Virus record (IMG/VR): IMGVR_UViG_3300046694_000251
Strand: one strand, 5' to 3'
Length of the DNA: 64,000 bases
From: an uncultured virus (IMG/VR IMGVR_UViG_3300046694_000251)
Taxonomy: Duplodnaviria > Heunggongvirae > Uroviricota > Caudoviricetes
Both the position numbers and the translations under genes were made by a program. Below the pieces are notes generated by a model that was given only the letters and a program-made list of their open reading frames with translations, made no database searches and was not told the origin of the DNA. Below are positions 58,453 through 64,000 of the stretch, piece after piece. Numbering within the stretch: position 1 is the stretch's first letter; the number at the start of each line of letters is the position of its first letter.

Positions 58453-58740
58453 ATGGACTGGTTCCGGCTGCTGCTGATCGCCTTCGCCACCTTCACCGCG
58501 TGGGAGTGGCTGCGCGACGTCCTGCCTGTCGCTATCCCGGCCGCCCTTCAGCCGCCCGTGGTCGTGGGGCTGGCCTACGAGGTGCAGCGTGTTCCCGGCC
58601 CGTGGCTGGCCGCTGGGGCGGCTGCTGGAGTCGTGGCGGTACTGCACGCGCAGGTACGGGGCAGCGGGGCGGAGACGGCCTCTCTGCGCCTGCCGCGCAG
58701 GCACCCGAACACAGGGCGGCGAGTTCCCGACCTCCCCTGA
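58453..58740 (+). CDS. small membrane protein
   Basis: Hydrophobic segments. Confidence 0.6.
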   Translation: MDWFRLLLIAFATFTAWEWLRDVLPVAIPAALQPPVVVGLAYEVQRVPGPWLAAGAAAGVVAVLHAQVRGSGAETASLRLPRRHPNTGRRVPDLP

Positions 58741-58755
58741 TTGTCAAGCACAAGC

Positions 58756-58782
58756 AAAACCCCGCTAGACAAGCGGGGTTTT
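58756..58782 (+). terminator. late operon terminator
   Basis: AAAACCCCGCT/AGCGGGGTTTT. Confidence 0.75.
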
Positions 58783-58783
58783 C

Positions 58784-58812
58784 TTGCTTTTAGAAGCCGT
58801 AATGGCTAAGGT
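58784..58812 (+). promoter_or_regulatory. promoter with operator in spacer
   Basis: TTGCTT-17bp-TAAGGT containing GAAGCCGTAA. Confidence 0.65.
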
Positions 58813-58861
58813 CTTCCTTGTTGCCAACCACGGCAGCGACCACCACAACACTGGAGCAGAC

Positions 58862-60091
58862 TTGAGCAAGCAGCCCATCACCCTGGCCTTCGCTGGTTCC
58901 GCCGACATCGACCCCGAGAATGTCAAGGACCTGCTCAACGACTGGCTCGGCTTCGGCGACGAGGACAAGGACGGCTTCTTCGAGCCGAGCGACCGCGAGA
59001 TCAACCTCATCTTCCCGGTCACCCGGGAGCACCTGTCCGACGGCCTGGAAGCGGTCCTCGGCTGGGCCGAGAAGGCCGACCTCCCCTACGTCGCCGTCGC
59101 CGACAACAAGCGCAGCCGCGCCACCGAGCAGATCCTCAAGGACGCCGAGGAGACCGTCCACGTCGCCAACGTCACGGCCGGTGTGGTCGACCTGCTGAAG
59201 AAGGCCGACAGCGCGGGCGACGAGGTCCACGTCATCCTGCTGTGGGGCGACGAGGGCAGCGAGCAGGCCGAACTCCTCCTGGACGCCGCCGACCAGGCGG
59301 GCTTCAAGGCCAAGGACCTCACCGCCGGACTCGACGACATCTCCTTCGGTGAGCAGCCGCAGGCCGAGGAGCCGGAGGAGGAGCCCCAGCCGGAACCCGA
59401 GCCGGAGCCCGAGCCGGAGGCCCCCAAGCGTGGTCGCCGTCGTGGCCGTCGCTCTGAGCCCGAGGAGGCCGAGCCGGAGGAGGAGCCGCTGACCGAGGAG
59501 GACGCGCCGGAGGAGCCCAAGCAGGAGGAGCCCAAGCGCGGCCGTCGCGGTCGCAAGGTCGAGCCGGAGCCCGAGGAGCACCCGGTCGAGCAGGACATCC
59601 AGGAGCAGCAGGAGGACCTGGAGCAGGAGGTCAACCGCGCCGCGCAGAAGATCCAGCGTGAGGCCACCCCGGTCCCCGACAAGGAGATCGACCTCATCCT
59701 CATCGGCAACGCTTTGGAGGGTGCCTACAACGCCTTCCGCCTGGAGGACGAGCGCAACGCGGTCATCAACCAGGCCGAGGTACGCCTCCGGCCGCTGACC
59801 GAACTGCTGGCCAAGGCGCTTAATATCGTGGCCGACTCGGTCCACGACAAGGAGGCCGAGGAGCAGGAGCGCCCGGCCGAGAAGAAGGCCGAGGAGCCGG
59901 AGGAGGAGCAGACCTCCGGACGCCGTCGCCGTGGACGTCCGCGCGACGAGAGCAAGACGTTTGCCTTCCTGGTCGACGACGAGGGCAACTACAGCCGTCG
60001 CGGCCGTGGCCGTATCCCGGCCGGACAGACCGTCGTACACCTGACCCGGGCGGAGATCGAGGAGAAGGGCCTCGAACTCGACTCGGAGTGA
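58862..60091 (+). CDS. acidic low-complexity protein with repeated RGR/AT-hook-like motifs
   Basis: GGAG RBS with TTG start; KRGRRRGRR, RRRRGRPR, RRGRGRIP. Confidence 0.75.
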   Translation: MSKQPITLAFAGSADIDPENVKDLLNDWLGFGDEDKDGFFEPSDREINLIFPVTREHLSDGLEAVLGWAEKADLPYVAVADNKRSRATEQILKDAEETVHVANVTAGVVDLLKKADSAGDEVHVILLWGDEGSEQAELLLDAADQAGFKAKDLTAGLDDISFGEQPQAEEPEEEPQPEPEPEPEPEAPKRGRRRGRRSEPEEAEPEEEPLTEEDAPEEPKQEEPKRGRRGRKVEPEPEEHPVEQDIQEQQEDLEQEVNRAAQKIQREATPVPDKEIDLILIGNALEGAYNAFRLEDERNAVINQAEVRLRPLTELLAKALNIVADSVHDKEAEEQERPAEKKAEEPEEEQTSGRRRRGRPRDESKTFAFLVDDEGNYSRRGRGRIPAGQTVVHLTRAEIEEKGLELDSE

Positions 60092-60096
60092 GTAAC

Positions 60097-60155
60097 GCAA
60101 AAGCCCCCGGCGCTGAAGAGGTTCGAGACCTCAATTCACTGCCGGGGGCTTTTGC
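60097..60155 (+). terminator. terminator hairpin
   Basis: GCAAAAGCCCCCGGC/GCCGGGGGCTTTTGC. Confidence 0.7.
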
Positions 60156-60249
60156 CCACCACACCCCGAGGCCCACCACAAACCCCGAGATGGGAAGAAC
60201 CTAACATGTCGAGCCGACTTAATATCAACGGCGGATTCGGAGCCGCCGA

Positions 60250-61263
60250 GTGAGCATCCTGATCATGTCGGAAGTGTTCACGCAGTCCGACACCCGCCTG
60301 GCCACGCGCCTCGTTCTGCTCGCGCTGGCGGACGCGGCCAACGACTCCCACCGCATGTGCTGGGAGTCCGTCGACACCATCGCGGCCAAGGCCCGGGTCT
60401 CCCGACGGCAGTGCTTCACCGCGCTGTCGACCCTGGAGGACCGGCGCATCGTCGAGCACGTCTCGGACGAGGAGAAGCCCGCCGAGGCGGAGCGGTACAA
60501 GTCCGTGGTCCGCAGGATTCTGCCGGTGTCCGAGTGGCTGCCGGAGCCTGCTAAGGGTGCAGAATCCGCACCCCCCTCTAAGGGTGCAGAATCCGCACAG
60601 GTGTCGAATTTTTCACCCAACCCCAATAACCAACTGGAAGTTAGAGATATAGAAGAAACTACGTTTCTTCCACCGCGCCGGTCGGCACGGTCCGATCCCG
60701 GCGGAGCCGAGGAGATCCCTACGAGGCCGGGTGCTCGTGGCTGGGATGCCGTGGCCGCTCCTCGTCGTGGCGGCCGGAAGAAGACCCGGAAGCAGGTGGC
60801 GGAGGAGGCTGCCCTGGCCGAGAAGGAACTCGACCCGGCGTTCGTCGTGGCCCAGGCTCTCGGAGAGGACACCCCATCCTTCAGCCTGTACGGCGATCTC
60901 CCGGCCTCGGACGGTGACCTGGCCCCTCCGGTCCGGCGACCTCGTGAGAAGCGCTCCAGGAGGCCGTCGGAGGAACTGGCGGAGTTCTTCGGCAAGCGGG
61001 CTCAGGGGGTAGGCCATCCGGTACCCGGTCCGGTCAACCTTGGAGCCCTCACCGGACAGTTCGGCCGGTGGATGCGCGAGGGTCTGGAACGAGAGGCAAT
61101 CCGGCAGATGATCATCACCTACTGGTCGTCCTCCTGGAACCGCTCGGAGAACCATCCGGCGTGGAAGGACTTCCTCGCCGCCCGTGGTCTGTTGACGGAG
61201 CGGCTGGGCAAGGCCGAGAACACGATGGAGAAACACCGGCACGACGAGTCCTTCTGGGACTGA
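60250..61263 (+). CDS. replication initiator (wHTH, lambda O-like organisation)
   Basis: RLVLLALADAAN..CW.S..TIA.KA.VS; upstream of DnaC-like and DnaB genes. Confidence 0.8.
   Translation: MSILIMSEVFTQSDTRLATRLVLLALADAANDSHRMCWESVDTIAAKARVSRRQCFTALSTLEDRRIVEHVSDEEKPAEAERYKSVVRRILPVSEWLPEPAKGAESAPPSKGAESAQVSNFSPNPNNQLEVRDIEETTFLPPRRSARSDPGGAEEIPTRPGARGWDAVAAPRRGGRKKTRKQVAEEAALAEKELDPAFVVAQALGEDTPSFSLYGDLPASDGDLAPPVRRPREKRSRRPSEELAEFFGKRAQGVGHPVPGPVNLGALTGQFGRWMREGLEREAIRQMIITYWSSSWNRSENHPAWKDFLAARGLLTERLGKAENTMEKHRHDESFWD
60551..60598 (+). repeat. 21-bp direct repeat (putative iterons)
   Basis: CTAAGGGTGCAGAATCCGCAC twice, followed by an AT-rich stretch. Confidence 0.7.
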
Positions 61264-61309
61264 TGCCACCAGGGGCGGGCTGCTACGGCGGTCCGCCCCT
61301 TACGTTTAC

Positions 61310-61338
61310 TTGAAGGCGTATTCTGGAAGGCGTAATCT
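61310..61338 (+). promoter_or_regulatory. promoter with tandem GAAGGCGTA operator variants
   Basis: TTGAAG-17bp-TAATCT; repeats at 61312 and 61326. Confidence 0.65.
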
Positions 61339-61385
61339 GTGGTAGCCTCCTGAGCGTTGAACCACCACCACACGAGGAGGCCACG

Positions 61386-62045
61386 ATGGCGACAGACCCC
61401 CGGGTCCACGCCCTGCGGCTCAAGGAGTACGGCATCCCCGCGCACTACAGGGCCCTTCGACTTAATACCGTGGCGGACGCCCCTGAGCGCGCCGCCTGCA
61501 AGACCTGGCTCGACGAACTGCGCGACCACTACGTCACCGACAAGCGGCCCCTCACGGAGTACCCCGAGGACTGGTCCCGGATCGGCAAGGGTCTGCTGCT
61601 CGTGGGCCCGCCCGGCACCGGAAAGACCACCCTGGCTACCGCCACGCTGCTGGAGGTCTACTACGCCCACCGGCTCCCGGTGCACTGGCTGGCCTACGCC
61701 GACTTCGTGAAGGACTCCATCGAGAAGATGGGCCTCCAGGACCGCAGCGAGCCCGAGGCCGTCGCCCGGTGGTGGGAGATCCAGGACAAGATCGTGGCGG
61801 CCGAGAAGGCCCCCGTCCTCGTGCTGGACGACGTCGGCAAGGAGCACCGCACCAAGACCGGCTACGCCGAGGGCCTGCTGGACACCCTGCTGCGCCAGCG
61901 GCACCGCGAGGCCCGGCCCACGATCGTCACCTCGAACCTCCCGCCCCGGGAGTGGGGTGCCGTCTACAACCCCACGATGGGCTCCTTCATCCAGCAGGCA
62001 TTCACACACGTCAAGTTGATCGGAGAGGACCGCCGTGCAGCCTGA
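61386..62045 (+). CDS. DnaC/IstB-like AAA+ helicase loader
   Basis: GPPGTGKT, LVLDDVGKE, TIVTSN. Confidence 0.88.
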   Translation: MATDPRVHALRLKEYGIPAHYRALRLNTVADAPERAACKTWLDELRDHYVTDKRPLTEYPEDWSRIGKGLLLVGPPGTGKTTLATATLLEVYYAHRLPVHWLAYADFVKDSIEKMGLQDRSEPEAVARWWEIQDKIVAAEKAPVLVLDDVGKEHRTKTGYAEGLLDTLLRQRHREARPTIVTSNLPPREWGAVYNPTMGSFIQQAFTHVKLIGEDRRAA

Positions 62046-62268
62046 ACACACGCAGCCGCCGCTCCCGTTCGAGGACGAGGTTTTGGTGCTTCTCTACAAA
62101 CGCGAAGTGCCGGACCACCGCCTCCCCGAGCACTGGGCCTCCCTGGAGTGGACCCTCCGCAGCCGCGCCAAGCACCTGGGCTTCGACCTCGTACGCACCC
62201 GCCGGTTCCAGAAGTGGGAGGGCGACACGCTTAATATCTCGCTCCGCGCGGAAGCGGAGCGCACCTGA
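62035..62268 (+). CDS. hypothetical protein
   Basis: Overlaps both neighbours. Confidence 0.6.
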   Translation: MQPEHTQPPLPFEDEVLVLLYKREVPDHRLPEHWASLEWTLRSRAKHLGFDLVRTRRFQKWEGDTLNISLRAEAERT

Positions 62269-62726
62269 TGGAACGGGGCGACATCTCCAACGAGGTCGTC
62301 CCCCGCTTGGTCATCGCCTACGAGGGCATGCTCGGCGTCCTGCCGGAGAAGCCCGAGGGGTACGTGCACGAGCTGGTTGCCCGCAAGTTCGGGCGCCGCG
62401 CGCGGCTGGCCAAGCGGACCGTGGACGCGTACGAGATCAACGACGCGCTGGCCCGGGTCATCTGGGACACCGTCTGGCGCTTCAAGTACTCGGTCGACGT
62501 CGTCACCTACCTCGGTGAGGACGCCGTCGAGCCGCTGGAGGCCCGCCTGGACGCCGAGGGACTTCCCATCGGCCGGGTGTGGGCCACGACCCCTGAACGG
62601 CTGGCCAGACGCCTGCCCTACATGCCGGACGTCGCCGCGATCTTCGACAACGAACACCACCTGATCTTCGGCAGCAAGGGCCGCACCCTGCCCGCTGCCC
62701 CCACCACCCTGATAGGGGCTATGTAA
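62268..62726 (+). CDS. hypothetical protein (degenerate HAD-like)
   Basis: TGATG coupling. Confidence 0.65.
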   Translation: MERGDISNEVVPRLVIAYEGMLGVLPEKPEGYVHELVARKFGRRARLAKRTVDAYEINDALARVIWDTVWRFKYSVDVVTYLGEDAVEPLEARLDAEGLPIGRVWATTPERLARRLPYMPDVAAIFDNEHHLIFGSKGRTLPAAPTTLIGAM

Positions 62727-63995
62727 GTGGCTGACTTCGAGCGCTTGCTCGTGTCCCGCGTCATCCAGGACAAGGACCTGGCCGACGTCGCGGACGCGGG
62801 CATCACCGCCGAGTTCTTCGGCGACCCGGACAACAAGGCCGTCTTCAAGTCCATCCTGCGGCACAAGGCGACGTACGGCGAGATCCCCAGCCTCGCCACC
62901 ATCAAGACCGACTTCCCCACGTACCGGTTCGTCAAGGTCGAGGACAGCATGCAGGTGCTGACCGACCGGCTGCGCGAGCAGCACACCCTCGACCTGCTGG
63001 AGCAGGGCCTGGCCGACTCAGTCGACGCCCACGAGGAGGGCAACGCGCTGGCCGCCATGGCGGCCCTGCACAAGACCCTCGCGGACATCGCCTCAGCGGT
63101 CCCCAACGCCCGCGACACCGACCTGACGGAGACCGGCCAGGCGCGTCTTGCGCGGTACCTCACGCTCAAGGACCTGCCGGACGGGCTGCGGGGCATCCCC
63201 ACCGGCTTCAACACGATCGACAGGGCCACTCAGGGACTCCAGAAGGAGCAGTTGGTCACCTTCGTCGGTCCGCCGAAGGCCGGTAAGAGCACCCTGCTGT
63301 TGTTGGCCGCCATGGCTGCGCACCTGCACGGGGAGCGCCCGCTTTTTATCGGCTTCGAGATGAGTAATGAGGAGCAGGAGGAACGTTTCGACGCCATCCG
63401 TGCGGGGATTTCCCACGCCCGGCTGAGAAACGGAACGCTCAAGAAGGCCGAGTGGGACAAACTCGAAAGGGCCCTGCGGGAACTGGAGGCTATGCCCTCG
63501 TTCTTCCTGTCCTCGGACTCCATGAATGCGACGACGCTCACCGGTGTGCAGTCGAAGATCGACCACATCCGGCCGACGATCGTATTCGTGGACGGCATCT
63601 ACATGATGCAGGACGAACTCGGCGAGGCTCAGGGATCCAGCCAGGCGCTTACCAACCTCACCCGAGGATTCAAGCGCATGGCGAAGAACCTGCAACTCCC
63701 GATCGTCATTTCCACGCAGGTCCTGGAATGGAAGATGAACAAGAAGAAGGGCATCACTTCCGACTCGATCGGATATTCGTCCTCCTTCGCCCAGGACTCC
63801 GACGTGATTCTCGGTGTCGAATCCACGGACGACGCGAACATCAACAAGATCAAGGTCGTGCTGGCCCGTAACTGCCCGCCCCTGGAGACCTACTGCCAGT
63901 GGGACTGGGAGACCGGCAAGTTCGAGGAACTGAACGAGGACCCGTTCGCCATGGACGAGGTGAACACCGATGGCTATGTCGGCGCCTCCTTCTGA
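62727..63995 (+). CDS. dnaB: DnaB-like replicative helicase
   Basis: GIPTGF..D, GPPKAGKS, FEMS, FVDGIY, QDSD. Confidence 0.92.
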   Translation: MADFERLLVSRVIQDKDLADVADAGITAEFFGDPDNKAVFKSILRHKATYGEIPSLATIKTDFPTYRFVKVEDSMQVLTDRLREQHTLDLLEQGLADSVDAHEEGNALAAMAALHKTLADIASAVPNARDTDLTETGQARLARYLTLKDLPDGLRGIPTGFNTIDRATQGLQKEQLVTFVGPPKAGKSTLLLLAAMAAHLHGERPLFIGFEMSNEEQEERFDAIRAGISHARLRNGTLKKAEWDKLERALRELEAMPSFFLSSDSMNATTLTGVQSKIDHIRPTIVFVDGIYMMQDELGEAQGSSQALTNLTRGFKRMAKNLQLPIVISTQVLEWKMNKKKGITSDSIGYSSSFAQDSDVILGVESTDDANINKIKVVLARNCPPLETYCQWDWETGKFEELNEDPFAMDEVNTDGYVGASF

Positions 63996-64000
63996 GCCCC

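Larger units (their letters stand above)
2548..62238. repeat. dispersed sense-strand 9-mer CTTAATACC (16 exact copies plus 3 CTTAATATC)
   Basis: Starts at 2548, 3685, 4877, 7966, 13002, 14317, 15322, 24861 (minus), 33357, 36480, 39724, 41319, 45149, 47981, 58145, 61461; variants at 59819, 60218, 62230. Confidence 0.9.

Noticed and set aside
2548..62238. CRISPR array or mini-array explanation for the dispersed repeats
   Set aside because: Repeats are 9-10 bp, kilobases apart and irregularly spaced; no cas genes or repeat-spacer periodicity.

Overview
The whole window is phage DNA with no recognisable host chromosomal genes. It is part of a large, high-GC temperate myovirus, probably infecting Streptomyces or a related actinomycete (inferred from GC-rich codon usage, an XRE/DUF397 pair, Lsr2 and a ydaO-type riboswitch). 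From left to right it holds: small early/accessory genes including an RNA-repair-like group (nucleotidyltransferase, a ligase C-terminal fragment, PNK/phosphatase); Lsr2; four tRNAs interrupted by a riboswitch-led NlpC/P60 gene; a metallophosphoesterase and a MazG-like gene; an XRE-DUF397 module; a large serine recombinase divergent from a tyrosine recombinase; terminase, portal, scaffold and major capsid; a contractile tail and baseplate; a holin-like gene; and a lambda-like replication module (initiator with iterons, DnaC-like loader, DnaB). The most unusual signals are non-protein. (1) The AT-rich 9-mer CTTAATACC occurs 16 times, plus 3 CTTAATATC variants, always on the sense strand and always read as CTT-AAT-ACC inside genes. 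(2) A separate operator-like motif GAAGCCGTAA overlaps sigma70-type promoters, as 14-bp-period tandems or as palindromes. (3) A phage-borne c-di-AMP-like riboswitch with consensus deviations precedes the cell-wall peptidase. (4) A multi-helix candidate ncRNA lies upstream of the tRNAs. All calls come from reading the sequence by eye; no database search or folding program was run.
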